From positions 5,512 through 69,511 of the forward strand of contig CAZJDL010000001.1 in NCBI GenBank assembly GCA_964544755.1: a DNA stretch of 64,000 nt, written 5' to 3'. The first letter of the stretch is position 1; the number at the start of each line of letters is the position of its first letter. A program made the translations under genes and the position numbers. This DNA comes from an uncultured Pseudomonadales bacterium (GTDB lineage Bacteria; Pseudomonadota; Gammaproteobacteria; Pseudomonadales; JAUIET01). Under the pieces are notes generated by a model. It did not search any database and was not told where the DNA came from. It worked only from the letters and a program-made list of their open reading frames with translations. This document shows positions 54,245 through 64,000 of the stretch, piece after piece.

Positions 54245-55026
54245 GCGATGCGGCAGTGACTGAACCTGACCCGCAAGAACCATTAAGCGAAGACAAACCG
54301 CAGCCACTGGTCGAACACTTGATCGAACTGCGCGACCGCTTGCTGCGCTGCCTGGGCATTGTATTGGGCGTGTTCGTTGCATTGTTCTATTTTGCCAACG
54401 ACATCTATGCGTTCGCGGCCGAACCGTTACGCAAATTTTTGCCGGAAGGCGCCACCATGATCGCTACCGAGGTGGCGTCGCCGTTTCTCACACCCTTTAA
54501 ACTTACACTGGTGTTGGCGGCGTTTATCAGCGTGCCGTTTATCCTCTACCAGATGTGGGCGTTTATCGCGCCGGGCATGTATAAAAACGAAAAGCGCTTC
54601 GCCGTGCCGCTGCTGGCTTCCAGCGTCGTGCTCTTTTATGCCGGCATGGCGTTTGCTTACTATGTAGTGTTCCCGCTGGTATTCAAGTTTTTTACCAGTG
54701 TGGGCCCAGAATCGGTCACGGTGATGACCGACATCAATCGCTATCTGGATTTTATTCTCAAATTATTTTTCGCGTTTGGCATCGCCTTTGAAATTCCGAT
54801 AGCGACCGTATTGCTTATTTGGTCGGGCATTACAACGCCCGAAGACCTTGCGAAAAAACGGCGCTACATTATCGTGGGTTGTTTCGTTATGGGTATGCTG
54901 CTGACGCCTCCCGATCTGATTTCGCAGGCACTGCTTGCCGTACCAATGTGGTTGCTGTTCGAACTCGGCATTGTGCTCGGGCGCTGGATCAAGCAACAAG
55001 AACCTGTGACGGACGACCAGGCTTAG
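54241..55026 (+). CDS. tatC: twin-arginine translocase subunit TatC
   Basis: Six-TM protein with an [10 protein letters not shown]-terminal motif. It overlaps the tatB stop. Confidence 0.92.
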   Translation: MSDAAVTEPDPQEPLSEDKPQPLVEHLIELRDRLLRCLGIVLGVFVALFYFANDIYAFAAEPLRKFLPEGATMIATEVASPFLTPFKLTLVLAAFISVPFILYQMWAFIAPGMYKNEKRFAVPLLASSVVLFYAGMAFAYYVVFPLVFKFFTSVGPESVTVMTDINRYLDFILKLFFAFGIAFEIPIATVLLIWSGITTPEDLAKKRRYIIVGCFVMGMLLTPPDLISQALLAVPMWLLFELGIVLGRWIKQQEPVTDDQA

Positions 55027-55035
55027 GAGAAAAAA

Positions 55036-55896
55036 GTGAAATTCGGTTTAATTCCCGTCAACGTAGGCACCAAGTCGGCAGAACAAGTCGTCGGTCTGGC
55101 GCAGCTCGCCGAAGCGGCGGGTATGGAATCAGTGTGGACCTTCGAGCACGTGATGGTACCGCATGATTACAACTCCAAATATCCGTACCACAAGTCCGGC
55201 AAGATGGGCATAGAAGCAAGCACAAACTTTATTGACCCGCTGATCACGCTAGCGACAGTGGCGGCGCACACCAAAACGCTGCGCCTGGGCACCGGTGTGA
55301 ATATACTGCCGCAGTGCAATCCCCTGCTATTGGCCAAGCAAGCCGCAAGCCTCGACCTGATGTCCAACGGTCGCTTCATGTTGGGCGTCGGCATAGGTTG
55401 GCTGCGCGAAGAGTATGAGGCCATGGGGGTGCCGTTTGAACGCCGTGGCGCTCGTTTTGACGACTATGTACAAGCCCTCAAAAAAGTCTGGTCAGGCGAA
55501 CAGGTAGAACACGAAAGCGATTTTCTGCACTGGCATGGCTTTCATAGCTTCCCCACACCGGCACAAACACCACATTTACCCATTATTATCGGCGGCGCGG
55601 CCGGCAAGGTTTTCGAGCGCGTGGTGCTGCACGGCGACGGCTGGTACGCGCCGGTCGATAAGGCCGAGAGTCTGGCGCCGCACCTGCAAAAACTGCAAGC
55701 GGCATGCGACGCACACGGGCGCGACTACAATAGCATTGAAATATCGGCGATGTTTAACCCCCAAGACGGCCTGGACGGCGTACGAAGATACCAGGATCTC
55801 GGTGTTGCCCGGCTGACTGTACCTTTGCAATCGCTGGGCGAAGATCCTATTAAAGGTATTAGCGAGTTGGGAGAACAATTTATCGCGAAACTGTAG
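55036..55896 (+). CDS. luciferase-like (LLM class) flavin/F420-dependent oxidoreductase
   Basis: 286 aa with an LLM-type sequence (FGLIPVN...ESVWTFEHV...GRFMLGVGIGW). GTG start. Confidence 0.65.
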   Translation: MKFGLIPVNVGTKSAEQVVGLAQLAEAAGMESVWTFEHVMVPHDYNSKYPYHKSGKMGIEASTNFIDPLITLATVAAHTKTLRLGTGVNILPQCNPLLLAKQAASLDLMSNGRFMLGVGIGWLREEYEAMGVPFERRGARFDDYVQALKKVWSGEQVEHESDFLHWHGFHSFPTPAQTPHLPIIIGGAAGKVFERVVLHGDGWYAPVDKAESLAPHLQKLQAACDAHGRDYNSIEISAMFNPQDGLDGVRRYQDLGVARLTVPLQSLGEDPIKGISELGEQFIAKL

Positions 55897-55916
55897 ACGA
55901 TGAGAAACTTTAGCGA

Positions 55917-57953
55917 ATGAGCAACCCCTTATTAAGCAACAACGAACTGCCACCCTTTGCCGCCATCAAACCCGAGCATATTGAACCGGCGATGACGCAG
56001 CTTATAGAAGACAGCCTTGCCGCAGTCGATAACCTGCTACAGCATCAGCCAGCGCCCGACTGGGCGTCGTTGCTGCAGCCGCTGGAAAACCTCGACGATA
56101 GAATGCAGCAAGCCTGGTCACCGGTCGGTCATTTGAACGGCGTCGCGCAGAACGATGTCCTGCGCGAGGCTTACGACAATTGCCTGCCTAAACTGTCGGA
56201 ATACCATACCCGGCTGGGGCAGAACAAGGCGCTGTTTAGCGCCTACAAAACGCTAAAAGAGAGCGCACAATTCGCACGCTTGAACACGGCGCAACAAAAA
56301 GTCATCGACAACGCCTTGCGAGACTTTCGCCTCAGCGGTATCGACCTTCCGGTGAACCAGCAACAGCGTTTTGCCAATATCAGAAAGCGTTTGGCCGAAC
56401 TGGCCAGCGACTTTTCAAACAATGTATTAGACGCCACGCAAGCCTGGAACAAGCTGGTCAGCGACGAAGCCGAGTTGGCGGGCGTACCCGAGACCGCATT
56501 AAACGCCGCCGGCGTTGCTGCCAAAAACCGGGGCGCGACGGGCTTTTTATTAACGCTGGACGCCCCTTGCTACCTGGCAGTCGTAACTTACGCCGACGAC
56601 CCGGCTGTGCGCGAAGAGATCTACCGCGCTTACACTTCGCGCGCTTCCGAATTGGGTCCGAACGCCGGCAAGTATGACAATAGGGCGAACATGGTCGACA
56701 TCCTCGGCTTGCGCAAAGAAATGGCGCGGCTATTGGGCTTTGCAAACTACGCCGACTACTCCCTCGCGACAAAAATGGCGCCATCTGCCGCGACCGTATT
56801 GGGTTTTCTACGGGAGCTGGCGGAAAAATCGCGTCCAAATGCGCAACAGGAGTTGGCAGAACTGCAACATTTCGCCAGGCAACAACACGGCGCGGCCGAC
56901 CTGGCAGCCTGGGATATCGCTTACTATTCGGAAAAGCTGCGGCAACACAAGTACGCCGTTAGTCAGGAGCAGCTGCGCCCCTACTTTCCTGCCGCCAAGG
57001 TGCTTGAGGGCTTGTTCGCGGTGACCTCGCGTTTGTTCGATGTCAGCATCAAAGCTGCCGATGCGATTGAGACCTGGCACCCTGACGCGCAGGTTTTCAA
57101 CATTTACCGCAACGAGCAACTGATCGCGCGCTTTTATATAGATTTATACGCCCGTGAACACAAGCGCGGTGGCGCCTGGATGGACGAGTGCCGCGTACGC
57201 AGGAAACGTGACGATAACAGCATACAGCTGCCAGTGGCTTACCTCACCTGTAATTTCATGGCGCCTGCCGGCAGCAAACCCTCCTTGCTGACTTTCAACG
57301 AAGTAACTACCGTGTTTCACGAATTTGGCCACGGCTTGCACCATATGCTGACCGAGATCGATTGTGCAGGCGTGTCTGGCATTAACGGCGTGGCATGGGA
57401 CGCGGTGGAACTGCCCAGTCAGTTTCTGGAAAACTGGTGCTGGCAAAAGACCGTTATACCGCTGATCTCCTCTCACTATGAGACCGGCGAAGCGCTGCCC
57501 GAAAGCCTGCTAGACAAGCTGCTGGCGGCAAAGAATTTTCAGTCAGGCATGCAAATGCTCAGGCAAATTGAATTTGCGATGTTCGATTTCGAAATGCACC
57601 AGTCCGAGGATATCTGCAACGCCGATGATGTTCAGGCGCTGCTCAACGATGTTCGTCAGCGCGTTGCCGTACTGCAACCACCGCCAGAAAATCGTTTTCA
57701 ACTTAGCTTTTCGCATATCTTTGCCGGCGGCTACGCGGCCGGATACTACAGTTATAAATGGGCCGAAGTCCTCGCCGCCGACGCTTTCGCCGTGTTCGAA
57801 GAAAACGGCATTTTTGACCCCGCCACGGGTCGCGATTTTCTGACCAAGATATTGGCCAAAGGCGGCTCGATCGACGCGCTGGAACTGTTCAAAAGTTTTC
57901 GGGGCCGTGAGCCGCGGGTAGACGCGTTGTTACGGCATGCGGGTATCGGCTAG
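55917..57953 (+). CDS. prlC: oligopeptidase A (M3 family)
   Basis: HEFGH zinc motif and full-length PrlC-like sequence. Confidence 0.9.
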   Translation: MSNPLLSNNELPPFAAIKPEHIEPAMTQLIEDSLAAVDNLLQHQPAPDWASLLQPLENLDDRMQQAWSPVGHLNGVAQNDVLREAYDNCLPKLSEYHTRLGQNKALFSAYKTLKESAQFARLNTAQQKVIDNALRDFRLSGIDLPVNQQQRFANIRKRLAELASDFSNNVLDATQAWNKLVSDEAELAGVPETALNAAGVAAKNRGATGFLLTLDAPCYLAVVTYADDPAVREEIYRAYTSRASELGPNAGKYDNRANMVDILGLRKEMARLLGFANYADYSLATKMAPSAATVLGFLRELAEKSRPNAQQELAELQHFARQQHGAADLAAWDIAYYSEKLRQHKYAVSQEQLRPYFPAAKVLEGLFAVTSRLFDVSIKAADAIETWHPDAQVFNIYRNEQLIARFYIDLYAREHKRGGAWMDECRVRRKRDDNSIQLPVAYLTCNFMAPAGSKPSLLTFNEVTTVFHEFGHGLHHMLTEIDCAGVSGINGVAWDAVELPSQFLENWCWQKTVIPLISSHYETGEALPESLLDKLLAAKNFQSGMQMLRQIEFAMFDFEMHQSEDICNADDVQALLNDVRQRVAVLQPPPENRFQLSFSHIFAGGYAAGYYSYKWAEVLAADAFAVFEENGIFDPATGRDFLTKILAKGGSIDALELFKSFRGREPRVDALLRHAGIG

Positions 57954-58012
57954 GCGCTGAACCGCTAATGCCTTCTGCGCGGAAATCATTTGACTCCTAT
58001 TATTGAAGGTAA

Positions 58013-58049
58013 TGCACTAGCGTCTTGAACCTAGAAACCGCAGTGATCA
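58013..58049. repeat. partial copy of the CTAG-bounded repeat family (TGCACTAG ... CCTAGAAACCGCAGTGATCA)
   Basis: It shares the TGCACTAG end of the hairpin module and the CCTAGAAACCGCAGT left end of the MITE-like element. It overlaps the TGA stop of the Smr-domain gene. Confidence 0.65.
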
Positions 58050-58616
58050 GCGCTTGATCGCTTCGCGCGTTTTCTGTTTTTGCCTTTCGCTTTTGCGCAA
58101 CAGAACATACACGGCGCCAACGCCGCCATGCTGTTTCTGCGCGCTGTGAAAAGCCAGCACATCAGGCAATTGCTTTAACCAATGGTTGACACAGCTTTTG
58201 ATCATGGCCGACCGCGGCTGACTGCGCGCGCCCTTGCCGTGCACGATCAGTGCGGTACGTGCATCGTAGCGCATGCTGTCCCGGATAAAATCGAATAGCG
58301 CCACGCGAGCCTGCGCCACGGTATGTTTATGCAAGTCCAGTCGCGCGTCAATTGAGTAGCGCCCAAGCCGCAGCTTGCGCAGCACGCCATGCTGAATACC
58401 CGGCTTGTTAAATTCCAGAATATCATCGGGTGCAATTTGCGGAACAAAATCTTCACCGAGAAAATTATCGTCTTGCGTGTTTTCCTGCTGCGCGGCGAGC
58501 CGGCGTGCCTGTTGCGCCACAGAAGGCGCGCGCCGCTCCCCTTTCAACTCGGCGCGAGTCTGTATCAGTGGCGTAACACCCTGCATCTCTTCGCGAAAGA
58601 TATCGTCGTCTTGCAT
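58047..58616 (-). CDS. Smr-domain protein (SmrA/YdaL-like endonuclease)
   Basis: C-terminal Smr domain (LDLHKHTVAQARVAL...LIVHGKG). Confidence 0.75.
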   Translation of the reverse strand: MQDDDIFREEMQGVTPLIQTRAELKGERRAPSVAQQARRLAAQQENTQDDNFLGEDFVPQIAPDDILEFNKPGIQHGVLRKLRLGRYSIDARLDLHKHTVAQARVALFDFIRDSMRYDARTALIVHGKGARSQPRSAMIKSCVNHWLKQLPDVLAFHSAQKQHGGVGAVYVLLRKSERQKQKTREAIKR

Positions 58617-58627
58617 GCTGCGCCAAC

Positions 58628-59065
58628 CTAAACTTCCAACAGAAATGTGACCGGCCCATCGTTAGTCAACTGTACCTGCATATTCGCGCCGAATTCGCCG
58701 GTGGACAACGCACTGCATTTGCCGCGAGCATAGTCAACGACGTAGTCGTAGAGCGCACGCGCCAGCGCCGGCGCTGCGGCGCTGGAGAAGCTGGGACGCA
58801 AACCTTTGCGGGTATCGGCAGACAAGGTGAATTGGGGAACAACAAGAACCCCGCCTTGAATATCACTGACACTGCGGTTCATTTTACCGGCGCTGTCGGC
58901 AAACACACGATAAGCCAATACTTTATCGACCAGCTTGCGTGCCGCTTCTTTATTGTCGTTTTTATCGATACCAAGCAATACCAGCAAGCCTTGATCGATG
59001 GCGCCTGTTATCTCGCCGTTAACACTGACGCTGGCCTGGCTGACGCGCTGCAATAACGCGCGCAT
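58628..59065 (-). CDS. dtd: D-aminoacyl-tRNA deacylase
   Basis: MRALLQRV N-terminus and an SADTRKGLRPSF motif, 145 aa. Confidence 0.92.
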   Translation of the reverse strand: MRALLQRVSQASVSVNGEITGAIDQGLLVLLGIDKNDNKEAARKLVDKVLAYRVFADSAGKMNRSVSDIQGGVLVVPQFTLSADTRKGLRPSFSSAAAPALARALYDYVVDYARGKCSALSTGEFGANMQVQLTNDGPVTFLLEV

Positions 59066-59083
59066 ACGAGTGACTCCAAATAA

Positions 59084-60049
59084 CTATACGTTGAAATCTT
59101 CGGCGAAGCGTTTCGCCATATCACGTGTGGCGCGTATCAGGGCATCAACATTGCCAGGTTCATTGGCGCTGTGACCGGCATCGCGCACGATATACAGTGC
59201 TGCATCATGCCAAACTTTTTGCAGCGCATGGGCGTTGTCTAACGGGCACACCATGTCGTAGCGGCCGTGTACGATAATGCCGGGGATGCCTTTCAGCTTG
59301 CCGGCCTGACGCAAAATCTGGTCTTTGTCGATGAATGCTTCATTGACAAAATAATGCGCCTCAATTCTGGCCAATGCCAGCGCGACGTGCGGTTCGGAAA
59401 AATGCTCCACCATATTGGCGTTGGGCCGCAGCGTTGCGCAGCGCGCTTCCCACAAAGACCACGCTTTGGCAGCGCCCATGCGCGCCAACTCGTTATTGCC
59501 CGTTAGGCGGCTGTAGTAGGCTTGCACCAAATCGCCACGCTCGGCCGCTGGTATCGGCGCCAGAAAGTCTTCCCAGTAATCGGGAAAAATCAAACTTGCG
59601 CCCTGCTGATAGAACCACTCAATATCTTGCCGACGGCACAGAAAAATACCACGTAAAATTAACCCGAGTACGCGCTCGGCATTTTGCTCGGCATACAGCA
59701 AACTCAGCGTCGAACCCCACGAGCCACCAAACACTACCCAACGCTCAACGTTCAGTTCTTTGCGAATATGTTCAATATCATTCAACAACGTCTGCGTGTC
59801 GTTGTTCATTAACTCGGCATGCGGAGTAGACTGCCCGGCGCCGCGCTGGTCAAACAGAATAATGCGAAACTTCTCGGGGTCGAAGAAACAACGACTGGAG
59901 GGCGATGTACCTCCGCCGGGGCCGCCGTGGACAAACAACACGGGAATACCCTGCGGATTACCCGACTCCTCCACATACAACTCATGCGGCGGCGACACTT
60001 TCATACGCTGCGTTCGGTACGGCTTGATATCAGGGTATAAAACAAACAT
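59084..60049 (-). CDS. pip: prolyl aminopeptidase (proline iminopeptidase)
   Basis: HGGPGGG oxyanion motif, GGSWGSTL nucleophile elbow, and a catalytic His near the C-terminus. Confidence 0.88.
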   Translation of the reverse strand: MFVLYPDIKPYRTQRMKVSPPHELYVEESGNPQGIPVLFVHGGPGGGTSPSSRCFFDPEKFRIILFDQRGAGQSTPHAELMNNDTQTLLNDIEHIRKELNVERWVVFGGSWGSTLSLLYAEQNAERVLGLILRGIFLCRRQDIEWFYQQGASLIFPDYWEDFLAPIPAAERGDLVQAYYSRLTGNNELARMGAAKAWSLWEARCATLRPNANMVEHFSEPHVALALARIEAHYFVNEAFIDKDQILRQAGKLKGIPGIIVHGRYDMVCPLDNAHALQKVWHDAALYIVRDAGHSANEPGNVDALIRATRDMAKRFAEDFNV

Positions 60050-60184
60050 GCCAGAGTCCGTGAGTTTTAACGTTCGTTACAATACGTTAAAAAGCCGGTT
60101 TTTGCTATTGATGGCACGTACGCCTGCATTAAAAATACGCCGGATAAATATCGGAGCCAACGCTCGGGCTCCCACCGCTGCATT

Positions 60185-60964
60185 TCAGGAAGGAGGGATA
60201 ATGACTTCCACCCTGCGGTTTTTTATCCGGCCTTCCTTGCTGTTATTGTCGGCGATGGGGTAATACTGACCGAGGCCAATGGCGCCAATTTTATCTTCGG
60301 CGGCGCCAAGCTCGATCAACTGACGTTTTACATTTTCCGCGCGGAGTTGCGAAATACTGCGATTAACGGCTGCGTTGCCGCTGTTGTCGGTATAACCTTC
60401 AATCAGAATATTCCGGTCGGGATATTGCTGCAGAATTCCGGCAATGCGTTTAATCGCTTTTTTGCCACTGGCATTGAGTTCTGCCGTATTAAACTCGAAT
60501 AGAACATCGCCGATGGTCAGTACTTGACCGCGGCCATCCTTTGACTGTTGCAAACCCTCTTGCGTGGCATCTGAATTCTGCGCTTTTAGTGACGCGGGTA
60601 CTACCTGTTGTTGCTGCATTTCTTTGGTCGCCTGGCTAAGCCTTGCGTGCGCCTCGGCGATCTTTTGCTTTTCCAGCGCAACAGTCGATAGCCTGAGCGA
60701 TAACTGCGCGTAGCCGTCCACCAGCTCGGTTTTCACCTTTCTATTGTGCAGTTGTTCGGCCTTGATCAAGGCCTTCTCCGCCTCGGCCAGCGCTTCGGCG
60801 CCGCTCTTTGACAACTCCTTTTTATCTCGCAGCTCGTGATAAGCCTGCCGCGCTTGCTCCAGGTTCGGGTTCGTCTCGGGCTCGTCCAGACCCGTCTCGA
60901 TAGCGGCACAGCCTGCCAATAAGAACAGTGCTAGTAGCGGCACGCTTGGTTTGAATGGCATCAC
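60185..60964 (-). CDS. OmpA-family lipoprotein with an N-terminal coiled-coil (DUF4398-like) region
   Basis: Lipobox (LLAGC), a helical Ala/Lys/Glu-rich region and a C-terminal OmpA peptidoglycan-binding domain (GYTDNSG...NRRVEV). Confidence 0.8.
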   Translation of the reverse strand: MMPFKPSVPLLALFLLAGCAAIETGLDEPETNPNLEQARQAYHELRDKKELSKSGAEALAEAEKALIKAEQLHNRKVKTELVDGYAQLSLRLSTVALEKQKIAEAHARLSQATKEMQQQQVVPASLKAQNSDATQEGLQQSKDGRGQVLTIGDVLFEFNTAELNASGKKAIKRIAGILQQYPDRNILIEGYTDNSGNAAVNRSISQLRAENVKRQLIELGAAEDKIGAIGLGQYYPIADNNSKEGRIKNRRVEVIIPPS

Positions 60965-61048
60965 TCGAGTCCCCCCTGATTTTGTTCAAAGTATAACCTA
61001 ATAGTCACAAATTTTGTGCATCTTTGCAATTCGTCTGATGTTTGCCCC

Positions 61049-61597
61049 TTATTTGGCTACCAACAGATAAGGGAAGCATTTGCGCTTTTCGCTCAAGGTT
61101 AAGCGTCTGATCCTATTAATATTTCGCTCGGGAATCTTCTCTGGTGCAGGGTAATTCTGCAGCACTTTTTCAATACTCGCCTCGCGAAGAATATGCAATA
61201 TCGGGTACGGCGAGCAATTGGTGAGATTCTCGGCCGCATCAGCTCTGGTGCCCGCAAAACGATAATGTGGATGAAAACTGGCGATCTGATAGTAGCCTTG
61301 CCAGCCAAACTGTTGCAGCAATGCGTCGGCCGGGTCGATAAACTGATTGTATTCCTCAAAGTCGGCCAGCATATGCGGAATAATCAGCAGCGTGGTTTCA
61401 ATCTTGTCTGCCACTGTTGCATCTAGCAGCCGCAATTCTGCCTGCAAGTCAGCCAGCAGTTGCCGTTCGGTGCGGGCCATACTGACGCGCATTCTAACCT
61501 GCTGGCGTCGTTGTGGCTTGACGGCGAACGGGCATAGATTTAAACCTATGACTACCTGATCCAACCACCGCTGTACGGCTTGCTCTATCGTTGACAT
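61049..61597 (-). CDS. DUF1415-family protein
   Basis: 182 aa with the GLNLCPFA motif near the N-terminus. Confidence 0.6.
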   Translation of the reverse strand: MSTIEQAVQRWLDQVVIGLNLCPFAVKPQRRQQVRMRVSMARTERQLLADLQAELRLLDATVADKIETTLLIIPHMLADFEEYNQFIDPADALLQQFGWQGYYQIASFHPHYRFAGTRADAAENLTNCSPYPILHILREASIEKVLQNYPAPEKIPERNINRIRRLTLSEKRKCFPYLLVAK

Positions 61598-61706
61598 TTA
61601 AGGTTTAGGGTTGAATATTTTATAATCATGTTGATTGCGCGCTCGATTCTATAATAGCGCTTTTTACAGACTTCCCGCGCCAGTTGCTATACCATTGCCA
61701 GAATTG

Positions 61707-61796
61707 ACCTAAGGGGTGGCTCAGCCTGAGATACCGGCGGCATTGCTGCGGTGAACCCTCGAACCTGATCCGGATAATACCGGCGTAGGAATAGGC
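61707..61796 (+). promoter_or_regulatory. TPP (THI-box) riboswitch
   Basis: Conserved aptamer elements occur in the canonical order: GGGGTG, CTGAGA, ACCC, then AACCTGATCCGGATAATACCGGCGTAGGAA, closed by a CCTA/TAGG P1 helix. It lies 60 nt upstream of the receptor ATG. A possible SD-sequestering helix (GGTCTCT...AGAGAACC) follows. Confidence 0.85.
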
Positions 61797-61857
61797 GACA
61801 CCATACTTATCTCCGCGCCGTACACCGGGTCTCTTTTGTTGTTGACGAGAGAGAACC

Positions 61858-63987
61858 ATGCTCAAAAAATCTTTCCGGCCACGTGCTGTTTACATTACTC
61901 TGCTGTGTGCCACCGGCCTGCCTGCCACGCAGAGTATTGCGTACAATGCAGACGAAATTCCCGAGATCATTGTCACCACCGACTTTCGCCCTAGCGAATT
62001 GCAAAGCCTGCCCGCCAGTCTAACCGTGCTGTCGGCAGAAAGCATTCAAGCACGCGCCGCGCAGCATCTGGAAGATATTATCAACCTCGCGCCCAACGTT
62101 AACTTCTCCGCCGGGTCATCGCGGGCGCGTTATTTTCAAATTCGCGGCATCGGCGAGCGCAGTCAATTCCAGGAGCCTGTCAACCCGTCGGTGGGTTTTA
62201 TCATCGATGATATCGACTTCAGCGGCATTGGCAGCGGCGCGACTTTATTCGACGTTGAACAGGTCGAGGTTTTGCGCGGCCCGCAAGGCACGCGCTACGG
62301 CGCCAACGCGCTGGCCGGCTTAATCAACATTAAAACGAAGGCGCCCGGCGATACTCTCGAGTCACGCATGGAAGCTTCACTGGCAGACTACGCCACGAGC
62401 AGCCTGGGGCTGGCCGCTGGCGGCCCACTGGTGGAAGGCAGCTTACTCGGCCGCCTTGCGGTTCAGCAATACCGCTCGGATGGCTTTACAGACAACACCT
62501 TCCTCGACCGTGACGATGTCAACGAGCGCGATGAACTCACCGTGCGCGGTCGCCTGCGCTGGCTGGCGAGCGACGATCTTAGCGTCGACGTTAGCGCCAT
62601 GCATATCGATATCGACAACGGCTACGACGGGTTTTCACTCGACAATAACCGCGAAACCCGCTCCGACGAACCGGGACGCGACCAGCAAACAACTAACGCG
62701 CTGTCCATCAAAGCGGACTGGGAGATCAGTGATGCGCTGCAACTGGTGAGCAGTGTTTCCTACGCCAATTCCGACCTGCTATACGGCTACGACGAAGACT
62801 GGACTTATACCGGCTTCCACCCCGACGGCTATGCCTCTACCGACAACTACGAACGTGAGCGCACGACCTACAGCGCCGAGCTGCGCTTGCTGTCGGGCGA
62901 CGCCGGCAAGTTGTTCGCCGGCAGTACCGATTGGGTTATCGGCATTTACCACCTCGCGAAAAGAGAAAGTCTGGATCGCCAACAAACCTTTAACGCGCCA
63001 TTCAGCAGCGACTACGATACCGACAACACGGCTATTTACGGGCAACTGCAAAGCGCGTTGAGCGATCGCCTGACCCTGACCAGCGGCCTGCGGCTGGAAC
63101 GATGGGAAGCCGACTATAAGGATTCCTCAGCCTTACCGCCCAATAGCCCCAATGAATCACTGTACGGCGGCAAGCTCGGGCTCGATTACCAACTTGGCGA
63201 TTCTCAGCTACTCTACGCTAGCATCTCACGCGGCTACAAAGCGGGCGGCATCAACAACGATGGCCAGCTGATTGGCACCCAGGCAAAACTGGATTTTGAC
63301 ACCGAATTGCTGTGGAATATTGAAACCGGCGTGAAGTCCACCTGGTTAGGCAAGCGCCTGCAGAGTCGCGTGTCGGCTTTTTATAGCAAGCGCAAAGACC
63401 AACAAGTGAAAAGCTCGTTCGTTATTCCGCGCGATGTCAACGACCCCAATAGCGTGCCGCAGTTTATCGCTTTTATCGCCAACGCCGCCCGCGGTGAAAA
63501 CTATGGGCTGGAAGCAGAGCTGAATTGGCAAGTGGGCGCCGAATTACAATGGTTTGCCAACCTCGGTTTGCTGCGCGCCACCTTCGACGAATATCTCGCG
63601 CCGGCGACCCAGGCAGACCCGGACGGCCTGGACCTGAGCGGCAGAGACCAGGCGCACGCGCCGCGGTACCAATTCGCACTCGGCGGTCAATACGATTTCG
63701 CTAGTGGCTGGCATGTACGCATGGAAGTGGAAGGCAAAGACGAGTTTTATTTCTCCGACCGGCACAACGCGCAGTCGGACGCGTACCAGTTGGTACACTT
63801 ACGTCTGGGCTATAGCGCCGCCGCATGGAGCGTGGCATTGTGGACTCGCAACCTGTTCGATAAGGACTATGACGTACGCGGTTTCGGTAGTTTCGGCAAC
63901 GACCCGCGCAACGGCTACGCGGTTGGCACCTACACCCAGCTGGGTGAGCCGCGCGTTGTGGGTATCACCGCGAATTGGGACTTGTGA
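61858..63987 (+). CDS. TonB-dependent outer-membrane receptor (thiamine-regulated)
   Basis: Signal peptide, TonB box (EIIVTT), plug (VEVLRGPQGTRYGANALAGLINIKTK) and beta-barrel. It is preceded by the TPP riboswitch. Confidence 0.88.
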   Translation: MLKKSFRPRAVYITLLCATGLPATQSIAYNADEIPEIIVTTDFRPSELQSLPASLTVLSAESIQARAAQHLEDIINLAPNVNFSAGSSRARYFQIRGIGERSQFQEPVNPSVGFIIDDIDFSGIGSGATLFDVEQVEVLRGPQGTRYGANALAGLINIKTKAPGDTLESRMEASLADYATSSLGLAAGGPLVEGSLLGRLAVQQYRSDGFTDNTFLDRDDVNERDELTVRGRLRWLASDDLSVDVSAMHIDIDNGYDGFSLDNNRETRSDEPGRDQQTTNALSIKADWEISDALQLVSSVSYANSDLLYGYDEDWTYTGFHPDGYASTDNYERERTTYSAELRLLSGDAGKLFAGSTDWVIGIYHLAKRESLDRQQTFNAPFSSDYDTDNTAIYGQLQSALSDRLTLTSGLRLERWEADYKDSSALPPNSPNESLYGGKLGLDYQLGDSQLLYASISRGYKAGGINNDGQLIGTQAKLDFDTELLWNIETGVKSTWLGKRLQSRVSAFYSKRKDQQVKSSFVIPRDVNDPNSVPQFIAFIANAARGENYGLEAELNWQVGAELQWFANLGLLRATFDEYLAPATQADPDGLDLSGRDQAHAPRYQFALGGQYDFASGWHVRMEVEGKDEFYFSDRHNAQSDAYQLVHLRLGYSAAAWSVALWTRNLFDKDYDVRGFGSFGNDPRNGYAVGTYTQLGEPRVVGITANWDL

Positions 63988-64000
63988 ATCAAGCAGCGTT

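Noticed and set aside
61006-61018. The palindrome CACAAATTTTGTG upstream of the OmpA-family lipoprotein gene, possibly a regulator site.
   Set aside because: It is a short AT-rich palindrome in a promoter region with no second copy in the window. The half-site order is the reverse of a CRP-type site (TGTGA..TCACA).

Overview
This 64-kb window looks like chromosomal DNA from a Pseudomonas/Cellvibrio-type gammaproteobacterium (inferred from gene content and order only; no search was run). About 85% of it is conserved housekeeping sequence. In order: bioH'-bioF-bioB, comF, modABC, srkA, cysE, hemE, gltD-gltB, an AAA+SPOR gene, aroB-aroK, pilQPONM, ponA, malic enzyme, rpmE, priA, argS, a SPOR gene, hslVU, ubiE-ubiJ-ubiB, hisI-hisE, tatABC, prlC, dtd and pip. 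This order matches what I recall for Pseudomonas around gltB-aroBK-pilMNOPQ-ponA and argS-hslVU-ubi-his-tat. I saw no rRNA, tRNA, CRISPR array, transposase, integrase or phage gene. The clearly non-core part is 10.7-17.1 kb. It holds a tight minus-strand four-gene operon: an acetolactate-synthase-like ThDP enzyme, a TonB-dependent receptor, and two overlapping, highly divergent citryl-CoA-lyase/citrate-synthase-fold paralogs. A perfect 34-bp inverted repeat brackets the operon, 21 nt upstream of its first start codon and 13 nt downstream of its last stop codon. The operon sits between a response-regulator-type c-di-GMP protein and a binding-protein/histidine-kinase pair that would otherwise be neighbours. 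The 34-bp repeat belongs to a modular CTAG-bounded intergenic repeat family with at least five further loci in the window. These include a 184-bp hairpin-forming MITE-like element between aroB and the AAA+SPOR gene. A TPP (THI-box) riboswitch precedes the second TonB-dependent receptor at the 3' end. All family assignments come from motifs read by eye in the supplied translations and need confirmation by HMM or BLAST searches.
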